From the IMG/VR virus record IMGVR_UViG_3300042870_001823, positions 10,214 through 74,213 of that record: a DNA stretch of 64,000 nt; one strand, written 5' to 3'. How positions within the stretch are numbered: position 1 is the first letter of the stretch; each line of letters opens with the position of its first letter. Source of the stretch: a virus. The translations under genes and the position numbers were made by a program. The notes under the pieces were generated by a model. The model had not been told where the DNA came from. It saw nothing but the letters and a program-made list of their open reading frames with translations, and searched no databases. Of the stretch, positions 10,441-20,672 are shown piece by piece.

Positions 10441-10693
10441 TTAATTAGATATTAAAATACTAGCTTCTGCAGTAGCTGATTTGACAGTCTGGATTGTGAC
10501 ATACCCAGCCGAAACAGAGTCTATAGTGATTACCCCAATAGTTGTGCTATTGCTGTAATCATTTACTCCACTGGTATATAGGTTTAAATTATTTAAAATT
10601 AAAGGAATTGATATTCCGTGGAACTCTTATTTCTAAAGCGCCTAAATAATCAAAACTAGCTTGATTATAAGCTATTGCTTCATTGTATAACAT
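10441..10693 (-). CDS. Small (~83 aa) virion-type protein, requires +1 shift at CGG 10618-10616
   Basis: MLYNEAIAYNQASFDYLGALEIRVP-(C)GGA-ISIPLILNN...SILISN*. Length is 84 codons +1 nt. Has its own upstream TTACTAG motif and fills an otherwise empty gap. Confidence 0.6.
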
Positions 10694-10765
10694 ATATTAA
10701 ATTACCTAACCAAAAACAACTAACTATCATACTAGTAACTAATTTTAGGAACTTTGACTAGTTAA

Positions 10766-11572
10766 TTAAAGTGAGTAATCTTTTAGCGACTTCTTTTTTT
10801 GGTAGTCTTCTATTAGATTGGGCATCCAGACTTTGTAGCCGTTTTCTTGACCAACTACTTCTTCTTGCTCGAAAGAAGTCCCATAGCAAGCAATACTTAA
10901 ATAAGCATATCTTTCACCCTTTTCAACTGGCAGGACTTCGTGTCTACCAATATAGGAAGAAGGGTATATTGCAACTGAACCAGACTTTGGTTTCCATACG
11001 GTAGAAATATTAGGGAAGTGGAGTTGCCCGCCGGTGTAGTTGTGGCCATTTAGTTCTTCTTCTGTTTCTACGCAGTCGTTTAAGTACAGGTTAATGCTTG
11101 AACTGTTATGCATAGACACTTGATTGCCGGTTGGCTTACCCCATTCATATGGAACTTGATCATCGCAATGCTGACCTATTCCTTGGCCATTTTCATATCC
11201 TGCTATGTGACCATTGGGTCTCCACCAAGAAGTCGTTGCAGCATCTGGAAAGTAGCAACAATATTCAACTAGTGCATCATATATGGCATTCTCTAGTGAA
11301 TCAATAAAGTCTATATATTTTTGAGGGACTTCAATATCTAGCTGTTTACCCTTAGTGTCCAAGAATCTTTGAGGAGCTTTTTCTATATCTGATAAGTTAA
11401 ATTTAAAACCAGTTTTATTAGTAGCATACTTAACACCATCTTCTTCATGATAGGTGAATGTGTCTTCCTGATTCTTTCGAATCCAACTCATGTATTCGAA
11501 AAGCAGGTTTTGATTTACGTCAATTACATTTTCTATTACAACTACGCCCATGCCAATATGTTCAGATTTCAT
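10766..11572 (-). CDS. Fe(II)/2-oxoglutarate oxygenase, prolyl 4-hydroxylase-like
   Basis: HCD...GGQLHF...HEVLPV..GERY facial triad and 2OG-binding Arg. Confidence 0.85.
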   Translation of the reverse strand: MKSEHIGMGVVVIENVIDVNQNLLFEYMSWIRKNQEDTFTYHEEDGVKYATNKTGFKFNLSDIEKAPQRFLDTKGKQLDIEVPQKYIDFIDSLENAIYDALVEYCCYFPDAATTSWWRPNGHIAGYENGQGIGQHCDDQVPYEWGKPTGNQVSMHNSSSINLYLNDCVETEEELNGHNYTGGQLHFPNISTVWKPKSGSVAIYPSSYIGRHEVLPVEKGERYAYLSIACYGTSFEQEEVVGQENGYKVWMPNLIEDYQKKKSLKDYSL

Positions 11573-11580
11573 GATATTCC

Positions 11581-12462
11581 TTAGTAGTTAGATTTTGTTA
11601 TATAAAATTGAGGAGAATCTTCTTTATAGCCAGACTCTAGTAGATGATTCTTTAAGTCGTCTCTTAAGGTTGGCATATATACATTAGTTGCTTTTTGGGA
11701 TAATTCTGGATCCTTTAAAGGGTCAGCAACGTATTCGTGAACTGCTGGATTAGGAGTTCCTTGACTATACCATCCAAGGTAACTGTACCTAAAGCCTCCT
11801 CTAACTGGCTTAACTTCATGTGCGGCCATGTAGTTGGAGGGAAAGAATATTATATCTCCTTTTTTGGGAGAATAATCTATGTCTAAATAGTTAAAATAAT
11901 GATGACCACCCATGTAGTTACTTCCATCTAATTCTTCTTCGTTGTCAACGGAATCGTTAAAATAAACCAAACTAGTAACTACATTTCTTAATGCCAATTG
12001 GTCTTGTGGTTCTAGAACTCCATAAATATAATCAGCACTAATATCTGAATGAGAACCAAGATAAACATCTTTTGGATATTGAAGAATATGACCTTTGACT
12101 TTCCACCATACGCACTTATAGGCTAAGGGGAATAATTCAAAATATTGAAGAAGACATTTGTCTTTTGATGATTCTATAAAAGAAAAAATACTACGAAGAT
12201 CATCATTGTCCTTGTAGTGAATTGCGCTTGCTCTCTTTGGCATTAAGTCAATACTGTGCTTATTGAAAAAGTAGCCACTTTTATTTACATATATTTCTTC
12301 ATTGGTTTCCGGATCAATTCCGGGAGAATACATTTCGCTCCACTCTTCTTGAATTAAATCGTCAGATCTGTTAAGTAAATTCTGCCAATCTAAATCTAGA
12401 CAACCTTCGAATACTACAACTCCACCACCTAGGTGTTTTGGTTCTACTTTATTGAATATCAT
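11581..12462 (-). CDS. Fe(II)/2OG oxygenase, P4H-like
   Basis: HSD...YFND...GGHHYF...HEVKPV..GFRY. Confidence 0.85.
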   Translation of the reverse strand: MIFNKVEPKHLGGGVVVFEGCLDLDWQNLLNRSDDLIQEEWSEMYSPGIDPETNEEIYVNKSGYFFNKHSIDLMPKRASAIHYKDNDDLRSIFSFIESSKDKCLLQYFELFPLAYKCVWWKVKGHILQYPKDVYLGSHSDISADYIYGVLEPQDQLALRNVVTSLVYFNDSVDNEEELDGSNYMGGHHYFNYLDIDYSPKKGDIIFFPSNYMAAHEVKPVRGGFRYSYLGWYSQGTPNPAVHEYVADPLKDPELSQKATNVYMPTLRDDLKNHLLESGYKEDSPQFYITKSNY

Positions 12463-13376
12463 AATCTTCCAATTTCTTCATTAGTGTTATTGCTTGTCAT
12501 TGGTCTTTTGGCAGCTTCTGTCAAGAGCGATAATATCTCTGGATCTGTGTTTGCGTGTCTTTTTTCTATTGCATTTAAATAGTCTTCAACTATATTTGGC
12601 ATCCAAACCTGTCCGCTGTCCATTACGTCAGAAGGCATTCTTATATTTACACCTCTACTTTGGTCACTTGATCCCTGTGCAAAATAACCAACATAAGCGT
12701 ATCTTTCACCCTCTTTACACTCTAAAACTTTATGAGTTCCCAAATAATTAGAAGGAAACATTAACACGTCTCCTGCTTTTGGAGAATATGTAAAGTTTGC
12801 ATAAGGGAAAACTATTTCACCACCTACGTAATCATTTTTATTTTTAATTTGATCAACAGAATCATTAAAGTATATAAGGCCACCTAAGACATTTCTTATG
12901 GCCAACTGTTGATCAGGCTCTGCTCCGGGTTGATAGTTTACATCGTTGTCACAATGTTTACCAAATCGTCCACCCTTACCATACGCTACGATATGACCTT
13001 GTGTTCTCCACCACAGACAAGTTAGCATCATGGGGAATATCTCTACATATCTTAGCATACATGCGTACATTGCATCCTCGCAAGCCTTAAAGAAATCAAA
13101 GTACTCTTGGCCCAATCCCTCGTGCATGAAATTCATAATATGATTAGAGGCGATTTCAACATCTTCTAAACTATACCTATGGCCACTTCTATTGATTGCA
13201 TATATGGGATTGCCTATATCATTATTAATAAAAGTAAAATCGTCCTTTAAAGCTTGTAGTCGTACGCTTTTAGTAAAATCTAAAATGTAATCATGATCAT
13301 TCATTGGAAGTACATTCTTAAAAAGAACAATTCCCATATCATATATTTCTATATTTTCTTCTTTTATCTCAAACAC
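12459..13376 (-). CDS. Fe(II)/2OG oxygenase, P4H-like
   Basis: HCD...YFND...GGEIVF...HKV..GERY. Confidence 0.85.
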   Translation of the reverse strand: MFEIKEENIEIYDMGIVLFKNVLPMNDHDYILDFTKSVRLQALKDDFTFINNDIGNPIYAINRSGHRYSLEDVEIASNHIMNFMHEGLGQEYFDFFKACEDAMYACMLRYVEIFPMMLTCLWWRTQGHIVAYGKGGRFGKHCDNDVNYQPGAEPDQQLAIRNVLGGLIYFNDSVDQIKNKNDYVGGEIVFPYANFTYSPKAGDVLMFPSNYLGTHKVLECKEGERYAYVGYFAQGSSDQSRGVNIRMPSDVMDSGQVWMPNIVEDYLNAIEKRHANTDPEILSLLTEAAKRPMTSNNTNEEIGRL

Positions 13377-14488
13377 TATACTGACCTAGGTTCCGTTCCG
13401 CATGGCCCTTCTGGTAGAGAGTCGTCTAACGGTTGCAATTCTTGCTGCTTGGCAACTTCGATGACGTCATGACTCTGCGAGTATTGTGTAACTTCTCTAC
13501 CTTGATAAACTGGATTCCATCCAGCTTCTAAGCCAAATTCTCCTGCTCTCTTTTCCCATCTAGAATAAGGAGTTCTGCAATACATTTCATAATCATCATA
13601 GATGTTATTAAACCACACAGGAGGGCACCACTCAAAGCTTTCTGAAGGTTCAGATATTACTACATTTGCAGGTATGTCAGACGACCCCTGTCCAAAAAAG
13701 GTAAGGTATGAGTATCTAACTCCATTGCCCATTCTTCCCACATCGTGTGCTGCGATGTAGTTTGTTGGAAAGAATATGATGTCTCCCTTTTGAGGCTTAT
13801 AGGACACTCCTAAGTGAACAAACCTTAGATGTCCACCAGTAAAGTTTTTACCATTTAATTGCTCTTCATCATCAACGCAATCGTTTAGATACACTAACGC
13901 TCCACACGTCTGCCTAGAAGCAACCATACCCTTAGGCATGTACCTAATGCCATTAGTTACTTTATAATTTGTGTCATTGTCAGCATGGCATCCTAGTATT
14001 CCACCATCACCATACCTAAGTACGTGACCTCTAGTCTTCCACCAAATGGACCCAATCATTAATGGATAATAATCTATGTATTTAATTAGACCTTTATATA
14101 TTTGATCTTCTAAATAAATAAAGAAATCTTTTATTTCTTCTTCTGTATTAGGATTTACGGGATCCAATATTCTCACTGGAGCTGCAGGAACATCTTCCAT
14201 TCTGTACTTGAATCCGTCTTCATTTATGCCGTATGTTACTCCGTCAATTTCTTTAAAGGACCATCTATTTTTGTGAGCTTCTTCAGCTCTTGAATCAATA
14301 TGATCTAAAACTAAACTTTGATTTATTTTAAATGCATTTCGAATAACAACTATGCCAGGTGCTAATTCTTCTGCTTCAAAATCCGCTATTTCTTTTATGG
14401 TTGCTTCGTCAAAATCAGGAGATACTGGATATGCAGTACTGCTCATTCTTGATTCATCTTTTTCAAAAAAAGAACTACTATCTTCCAT
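13376..14488 (-). CDS. Fe(II)/2OG oxygenase, P4H-like
   Basis: HAD...YLND...GGHLRF...HDV..GVRY. Confidence 0.85.
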   Translation of the reverse strand: MEDSSSFFEKDESRMSSTAYPVSPDFDEATIKEIADFEAEELAPGIVVIRNAFKINQSLVLDHIDSRAEEAHKNRWSFKEIDGVTYGINEDGFKYRMEDVPAAPVRILDPVNPNTEEEIKDFFIYLEDQIYKGLIKYIDYYPLMIGSIWWKTRGHVLRYGDGGILGCHADNDTNYKVTNGIRYMPKGMVASRQTCGALVYLNDCVDDEEQLNGKNFTGGHLRFVHLGVSYKPQKGDIIFFPTNYIAAHDVGRMGNGVRYSYLTFFGQGSSDIPANVVISEPSESFEWCPPVWFNNIYDDYEMYCRTPYSRWEKRAGEFGLEAGWNPVYQGREVTQYSQSHDVIEVAKQQELQPLDDSLPEGPCGTEPRSV

Positions 14489-15102
14489 TATCCTAACACC
14501 TCATCTATAGCTTCCCTAATTGTCCATCCTGCACCTTGTATTCTCGGTGTTTCGTCCAATGGCATATCTTGCCAGTTAAATCTTGATATCATAATTCCAT
14601 CTCTACCTACTAAAAACTTTTCATAATTATGAGAAATTCTCGCCATTGCTTGCCCTTCTAAATTCTGTCCCTTCTTAGCTTCTTCTGTACCGTCTGCAGT
14701 AAAATCGGAATACGCTCTTTTGTCATATCCTTTAAGAAAAGAAAATATTTCATGTTCATTTTTTCCATTTACTTCAACTTTTTCAAAAATAGGAAAAGTT
14801 ACAAAAGGATAATTTACTTTAATGAATTCAGATATTTCCTCATTACTTCCTGGATCCATTGAGCCAAACTGATTACAGGGAAATGCTAGGATAGAAAAAC
14901 CTCTATCCTTAAATTTATCATGTACAGATTGCAATTGCCACAACTGCCTACTGGTTCTTGCGTACGACCAAAGCTTTGAGCATTGTGGCTCATATCCAAA
15001 CTTACTGGCAATATTAACTACTAAAGTTACTTTGCCCTTGTATTCTGCAAGGTGGTTTTCTTTACCCATTATTGAGGAGGCAGTAAAATTATACATACTC
15101 AT
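14488..15102 (-). CDS. Glutathione peroxidase family protein (canonical Cys replaced by Phe)
   Basis: YKGKVTLVVNIASKFG, ILAFPCNQFG, FPIFEKVEVNG, NYEKFLVGRDG. Confidence 0.85.
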   Translation of the reverse strand: MSMYNFTASSIMGKENHLAEYKGKVTLVVNIASKFGYEPQCSKLWSYARTSRQLWQLQSVHDKFKDRGFSILAFPCNQFGSMDPGSNEEISEFIKVNYPFVTFPIFEKVEVNGKNEHEIFSFLKGYDKRAYSDFTADGTEEAKKGQNLEGQAMARISHNYEKFLVGRDGIMISRFNWQDMPLDETPRIQGAGWTIREAIDEVLG

Positions 15103-15419
15103 TATCTCACCCCAACAAATAACGTTTCTAGATACTGGTCAACCTGCAATGTTCCAAACATTTTATCATTATCGATAACACTTGCCTGCAGGCTGACGGT
15201 AGCTTTTATCGGGAATTCTACTTCTAATGAACATTTGAATGTTCCGTCAATAAAAGATGTATTAGTCAGAGGCGCAATTCCTTTTTCATGTGAGACTAAA
15301 CCAGTTAGACTTTCATTGGAAGTATCTATACTTAAAGAGTATTTTTCTTTACCAAATGGAGTGTCTACGGTAATGCTCCAGTTCCCATTTATATTTATTG
15401 GATTATTAGATTCAATCAT
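15102..15419 (-). CDS. Hypothetical beta-rich protein
   Basis: ORF in the operon, with extended -10 TGCTATAAT just upstream. Confidence 0.6.
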   Translation of the reverse strand: MIESNNPININGNWSITVDTPFGKEKYSLSIDTSNESLTGLVSHEKGIAPLTNTSFIDGTFKCSLEVEFPIKATVSLQASVIDNDKMFGTLQVDQYLETLFVGVR

Positions 15420-15445
15420 AACCCTAATTATAGCACATAGTTAAT

Positions 15446-16117
15446 TTATTCGTAGAAAAAACTGCCATTAGAAATAGCTATTGGAGGATTATCTTTATGC
15501 CAAACATTTATAACCATAACTTGCCTTATGTTGGATTTGGCGGGGGTACTGCTATGTAGTCTGTGGCCGGCATCAAATATTATAAGTCTATTACCTTTGT
15601 AAGATATTCTTTCCCTATCTTCTTTTGGTGAAATATATTCTTTAATATTTTCTTTTTCTAAAGATTCTTTATTTCCATTTATGAAAGAATTTTTATGTAT
15701 CTCCAAAAAACCACCATCTTCATTATCTACTCCATAATAGACACATCCGGTAATTGGACCTTGAAATATCTTATTTTCAAAATATAAAAAAGTATCTTCG
15801 TCAACATGAAGATCTATATACTGTCCAGGATTATATGTTCTTGTCCAGTATTCAAAACCTAAAATGTCTTCATTGGGCCATTCTAGATTTTCTTCCCAAA
15901 TTTTTTGTATTATTTTTTTCTTCAATGTATTTGCTGGACTTCTCCACCAACCATCCCAAAACATGAATGGCGAATAAGAACTAGAAGATTCTTCGTGATA
16001 CATCATCAAATGTGCTGCAATTTTTTCTTCGTTTCCCATTGAAGTAGGAAAAAAATTAGGGCTATTTAATAGTTCGTTATATAAATAATTATCTAAATAA
16101 TTGTCTTTAACTATCAT
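15446..16117 (-). CDS. Fe(II)/2OG oxygenase
   Basis: GFEYW...HVDED...GGFLE...NRLIIFD..H..R. Confidence 0.75.
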   Translation of the reverse strand: MIVKDNYLDNYLYNELLNSPNFFPTSMGNEEKIAAHLMMYHEESSSSYSPFMFWDGWWRSPANTLKKKIIQKIWEENLEWPNEDILGFEYWTRTYNPGQYIDLHVDEDTFLYFENKIFQGPITGCVYYGVDNEDGGFLEIHKNSFINGNKESLEKENIKEYISPKEDRERISYKGNRLIIFDAGHRLHSSTPAKSNIRQVMVINVWHKDNPPIAISNGSFFYE

Positions 16118-16129
16118 ATTAATTTTATT

Positions 16130-17344
16130 TTAGTTTAAATCTTTTGACGTTTCTGTGAACTCTTGTTCTAGTTTGGTATACTCCGCAACGTTTACTCTTT
16201 TTTGTTTATTTTTTACATATTCTTTTATTAAAGTTTGGTTTTCTAAATAAACGCTTTTTTTAATGACATCTACAATTGTATTGTTACGTTCTTTATATCC
16301 TGGACCAGAATAATAAGCTATATCTAGCATTTCGATTGCGGTTACATTATCTAAATCTAATTTATTTTCTATACAGAAAGTATATATTACTGTTTCAAAA
16401 AAAGACATTTCTTTTTGAATCATAGATTCTGGTATTTGTAATTGATCTGGATAATTTACATTTAAGGAACCAAGAGTTCTATATCTAAGTTTTGATATAA
16501 ACCAATTCTTAAACTTTGAACCAACTTGTGAATTTTCTTCAATCGACTCTCTAGGATCTCCATTAGCACTAAAGAATAAAGCTAGAGAGGTGTCAGGTTG
16601 TCCATTGTTAATCTCTTCTATTGCATCAGCTGGGATAGCCCATTCATCGAATGCATTCTTACATTTTTCAGCAATCTGCTCATTGGAGCTCCATGGATCT
16701 TGAGCTAAAAGATTCCATTCATAAGCTAACTTCATTGCGTGGGGGAAGGTTTGAGCCATATTAACCCTACAAGGCCATTGTTTATACAGGCTATCGTTTA
16801 ATTCTATAAAATCAATTTTTACTATATAAATGTTAGACATTGAAGAAAGATATACAGTCCATCCTTCAATGTTTTCATCATTATAATAAGATTTGTCGAC
16901 TACATCGCCGGCGTCTTCTTTGTCTGATTCATAGAAAGCAACAGCTGCATAGCCGTCTAGATCACATCTTCTGGAGTCTTCTGTATATGCAGGCCTATTT
17001 CCCAATATGTCATGGTAATCAGCTGCTGAATTCATTATATGAAATACTGATTTAGATTTATCGTAGTTATCTTCTAGGACATCTACTAAAAATTCATAGT
17101 TTTCGTAAAGAATATCTTCTGTATAATTTTGTGATACTAATCTATATACAAAATCTGTAAGCTTAAAATTTGCTTTAGTAAAAGCTATCAAAGTCTTATT
17201 GCCTATATCATAAGTGTCATAGTTAGTATATTCTTGAAGTCCGGTTGGCAAAACCGTATTTAAGGTAAAGTCTTCTTTAACTCCGGTTACGGCATAGCAC
17301 GCATAGTTAGAGGGGTCGTATTGCTCTATTGTTTTTTTTCCCAT
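16130..17344 (-). CDS. Hypothetical protein
   Basis: 404-aa ORF with GAGG RBS inside the oxygenase cluster. Confidence 0.7.
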   Translation of the reverse strand: MGKKTIEQYDPSNYACYAVTGVKEDFTLNTVLPTGLQEYTNYDTYDIGNKTLIAFTKANFKLTDFVYRLVSQNYTEDILYENYEFLVDVLEDNYDKSKSVFHIMNSAADYHDILGNRPAYTEDSRRCDLDGYAAVAFYESDKEDAGDVVDKSYYNDENIEGWTVYLSSMSNIYIVKIDFIELNDSLYKQWPCRVNMAQTFPHAMKLAYEWNLLAQDPWSSNEQIAEKCKNAFDEWAIPADAIEEINNGQPDTSLALFFSANGDPRESIEENSQVGSKFKNWFISKLRYRTLGSLNVNYPDQLQIPESMIQKEMSFFETVIYTFCIENKLDLDNVTAIEMLDIAYYSGPGYKERNNTIVDVIKKSVYLENQTLIKEYVKNKQKRVNVAEYTKLEQEFTETSKDLN

Positions 17345-17354
17345 AAAGCCTCAA

Positions 17355-17576
17355 TTATGTATTGGAAATTTTATTATCAATTTCTTTTATTCTGTTTAGT
17401 ATATCATAAATATCGTTTTGAGCAGTGCTGTTTTCCGCAGGTGTAAAGCTTTCTTCATCAAATTGCTCTGGATCTATTCCTAAAATTGACAATCTTAAAA
17501 TTAAAGATTTTTCTAACTCAGATTTGACTAAACTATAAGCTTCTTTTATTTCCTCAGAAGATAAATTAAATTTCAT
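17355..17576 (-). CDS. Small acidic hypothetical protein (paralog of 17579-17833)
   Basis: Shared LxIDPxxFDExxF motif. Confidence 0.65.
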   Translation of the reverse strand: MKFNLSSEEIKEAYSLVKSELEKSLILRLSILGIDPEQFDEESFTPAENSTAQNDIYDILNRIKEIDNKISNT

Positions 17577-17578
17577 AT

Positions 17579-17833
17579 TTATGCTTCTAAAATTGATATT
17601 TCTTTTTGGATCATAGCCAAAGCATCTATGGATACCTTTAAGCGTTGATGTAGATCTATGGTAGTCAAGTCTGCAGGATCTATTGAAGAATCTTCTTCAA
17701 AAGTATCTTCGTCAAACGTTGCTGGATCAATTGCTAATTTTATAAGAATCTCATAAATATCTTTTTCATATTTTGGAATATTTTCTTCTAAAATTTCTAT
17801 TTTTGTGATTTTATCTATATTATTAAAGATCAT
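17579..17833 (-). CDS. Small acidic hypothetical protein
   Basis: Shared LxIDPxxFDExxF motif, with a late-type motif upstream. Confidence 0.65.
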   Translation of the reverse strand: MIFNNIDKITKIEILEENIPKYEKDIYEILIKLAIDPATFDEDTFEEDSSIDPADLTTIDLHQRLKVSIDALAMIQKEISILEA

Positions 17834-17911
17834 AACCGTTCCTTTGAATTTTGGACATATGTTACCTATAGTACCAATTTTTTTATAGATTTACTATTTT
17901 AAGACAATATC

Positions 17912-18613
17912 TTAATTTGGCTCATTAAGCTTTAGGAGGCCATCATGCTTTGGGCCAATTTGATTCCCATTTTCGTCTAGGCCACTTCTAATCCCATTCA
18001 TCCAAGTCCAAGGTTGCTCATGAAGCTTTTTCATTTTTGCGTCCCCGTATGATTGACGTTTAGCCATTAATTCTGGTTTATCCCAAAGATTTTCGACTAC
18101 TACCTCTGTATTTTCTAAAAGATCATTCCTATAGACATTAAAAAACATAAATGGCATTCCGGCTTCAAATCTGACCGGTTCTCCAATTTTAGTAATTTTC
18201 CAGTTCATATTAAATTCATCTGGCCACCAAGAACTTGGTATAGTGGCAGATAGGGGTGCTGCTCCATCTACGAAATAGTTTGGAGATCCAGTTATCCAGG
18301 TGTCATATCCCTCTTCAGTATTAATGGCCCATCCTGTAGCAAAAGACATAATGCCGATTATGGAAGGAATTACAACAGGTCTACCATCTAAGAATTCGCC
18401 TTCCAAGACTCTAGGAGTGGTATTGCCCCCATCCCATTGAACTACAACATCTTGCTGAAGGATTAATTCCCAGCCATTTACATTAGCTGCAGACATTGGC
18501 AAACACTTGTAAGCGTGCTTATTATAAGTCTCATCCATCCAATCTCGCTTAAGCCTAGACTGTTTTATCTTAGGTGGATTTTGATGAGTTTTAGTTAATG
18601 TTATTTTCGTCAT
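17912..18613 (-). CDS. DUF6065-like protein
   Basis: RDWMDET..KHAYKCLPMSAAN..GWE and FNMNWKIT motifs. The family is recalled from memory, not searched. Confidence 0.6.
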   Translation of the reverse strand: MTKITLTKTHQNPPKIKQSRLKRDWMDETYNKHAYKCLPMSAANVNGWELILQQDVVVQWDGGNTTPRVLEGEFLDGRPVVIPSIIGIMSFATGWAINTEEGYDTWITGSPNYFVDGAAPLSATIPSSWWPDEFNMNWKITKIGEPVRFEAGMPFMFFNVYRNDLLENTEVVVENLWDKPELMAKRQSYGDAKMKKLHEQPWTWMNGIRSGLDENGNQIGPKHDGLLKLNEPN

Positions 18614-19271
18614 ATTCTTCTTGGATAAAATCTTCTATTGCTTTTTTGATATTCTTCAATGCCTCTTCTGGAGATACATCCCTATTGCCACTACTGTAAG
18701 CCATGTCCAATAAGTCTGAATTACAAAATCTAATGTATCTAGAACCATCTCTGGATACAATAAATTTTTCAAAATTTCCATGAATTAAATCACTAGTTTT
18801 TTGTAGTTCCTTAAAAAGTGGATGCATCTCACCTTTTGGTTCATAAAAATCAATGTCGGTTTTATCGTGTTCTTCTCTTAGTCTCTTGTAGGCTTCTTTG
18901 TCTTGGTTTGGGTCTAAAATATTGACCATTTCAGAAAATGGAAGATCTGTATTATAAAGATTTTTCATGTGATCTCTCATACTCTCAGCACTAGTGTTAG
19001 AGTCTGCAAATTCGCCGTAAGCGTCTTGGCAAAAATCTGTGCTTGGCATTGCTAGGACTTCAAAGCCTAAGTGCTTGTATTGATTATATATGTCTTGGAT
19101 GATCGTGTACTGAGGAGAGTTTGCGCATTCCCCAGTTACATTAAATAACATAGAAACTTTTCCCTTAAGACTAGCTAAGATATTATCCTGCCCATTTATT
19201 GACTTAAGTGGAAAATCATATATGTTATTATCTACATATTCAACAAATGATTGCTGTAGATTGTCTTCCAC
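18591..19271 (-). CDS. Glutathione peroxidase-like protein
   Basis: LKGKVSMLFNVTGECANSPQY, GFEVLAMPSTDF, GNFEKFIVSRDG. Likely GTG start at 19271. Confidence 0.75.
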   Translation of the reverse strand: MEDNLQQSFVEYVDNNIYDFPLKSINGQDNILASLKGKVSMLFNVTGECANSPQYTIIQDIYNQYKHLGFEVLAMPSTDFCQDAYGEFADSNTSAESMRDHMKNLYNTDLPFSEMVNILDPNQDKEAYKRLREEHDKTDIDFYEPKGEMHPLFKELQKTSDLIHGNFEKFIVSRDGSRYIRFCNSDLLDMAYSSGNRDVSPEEALKNIKKAIEDFIQEEYDENNIN

Positions 19272-19272
19272 T

Positions 19273-19959
19273 TTAATCAGCTTTTGATAATGTTGGGAGG
19301 GAAGATATTTCGATCCCCGAAGATTGTGCCACTGACTGCCCAATTTCATTGTAGTTATACATAGTGACAGCACTATACTTGGTGCCCTTTGTTACCGGTT
19401 GGGATCCATGAGCGTAAATATAAGTTGAAGGAAAGAATATAACATCTCCTTTTTGAGCTTTAAATTTTAAGTTGAGATAAGGAAACCAAAGCTCTCCCCC
19501 TTCATAGTCATCATTAAAAAACCCAACTGACGAAAGTGTACAAAAGTAAGAAAAACCAGAATCTGTATGGACTTGGAAATGTTGACCTTCTCCATATTTT
19601 ATGAAATTAATTGCTTCCATAAATTCCATTTTAAAATTATATCTTTTTTCATAATCTGTTAAGCATGTAGTTAGTATAGAATTATAATCATCATAAACGT
19701 TTTTAATTTCAGATAATTCTGCTGGAAGGTGTGGCCAATGTTTTGGTCCTATTTTAAGATCATAACAATCTCTGTACTCTGGCATTTTTTCGTTATATCC
19801 AACCATAGCCTCATTCCACTTAAAATATTCATGATTGCTGTTTTCTAGAGTAGATTCAAGTCTTTGTGGGATAGTCATTTCCTCTGGTATAGCATCTCTA
19901 TAAAGGATTATTCCTAATTTTGGTTCTTCTATGTTAAAAATTTCCAATTCAATCTCCAA
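19273..19959 (-). CDS. Fe(II)/2OG oxygenase, P4H-like
   Basis: HTD...NDDYEGGEL...HGSQPV..GTKY. Confidence 0.85.
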   Translation of the reverse strand: MEIELEIFNIEEPKLGIILYRDAIPEEMTIPQRLESTLENSNHEYFKWNEAMVGYNEKMPEYRDCYDLKIGPKHWPHLPAELSEIKNVYDDYNSILTTCLTDYEKRYNFKMEFMEAINFIKYGEGQHFQVHTDSGFSYFCTLSSVGFFNDDYEGGELWFPYLNLKFKAQKGDVIFFPSTYIYAHGSQPVTKGTKYSAVTMYNYNEIGQSVAQSSGIEISSLPTLSKAD

Positions 19960-20050
19960 TTTTTGGCTAGTTAGCTAGCAGATATAATGATATACTTTAT
20001 CATAGGTTCTAGTAAATAGTCAAGCCGATCCGATAAGTAAGGTATATAAT

Positions 20051-20671
20051 ATGGAACAGTCACTCGTTAAACCAGGTCACTTTGGAAAATCTGTTGACAA
20101 TATAAAGATAATTAAAAATTTTGTAGAAATAGATGATCTTAAAGTTATCCAAAAGTTTATTCCAACTATCAACGAATGGATGGACGCCGGAGAAAATCAA
20201 TATGCTGAAGACGGGACGTGTACCTACGACTCAGCCTATTGGGCTGATAGACAATGCAGTTGGGATATTTTAGAGCGAATTAATATAGATGTGTTTAACA
20301 TGGTAGATAAATATATTCAAAAGATGAAAGTTTACTTAGAAGACTGTTTCAATGTCAAACTTTCTACTAGGCCACCAGTAATTATTAAGTGGAGACCCGG
20401 CATGGAGCAAAGACCTCACGCCGACAAACAGATGAATGATGGAAGACCTAATCCATTCCCAACATATGATATAAATTCTTTAATTTATTATAACGATAAT
20501 TTTGAGGGTGGGGAGTTATATTATCCAGACTATGATCTAACAGTTAAGCCCGAACCAGGTTTGGCGGTAGCTCACCCGGGAGACATAAACTACCTTCATG
20601 GTGTAAAGCCAATTATATCTGGAGAAAGATACACCACACCATCTTTTTATACTATTACTGAGTTGAAATAA
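20051..20671 (+). CDS. Fe(II)/2OG oxygenase, P4H-like
   Basis: HAD...YYNDNFEGGEL...HGV..GERY. Confidence 0.85.
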   Translation: MEQSLVKPGHFGKSVDNIKIIKNFVEIDDLKVIQKFIPTINEWMDAGENQYAEDGTCTYDSAYWADRQCSWDILERINIDVFNMVDKYIQKMKVYLEDCFNVKLSTRPPVIIKWRPGMEQRPHADKQMNDGRPNPFPTYDINSLIYYNDNFEGGELYYPDYDLTVKPEPGLAVAHPGDINYLHGVKPIISGERYTTPSFYTITELK

Positions 20672-20672
20672 A

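Noticed and set aside
14488-19271. Selenocysteine in the GPx-like genes
   Set aside because: No in-frame TGA at the catalytic position (TTT in one, TGC in the other).
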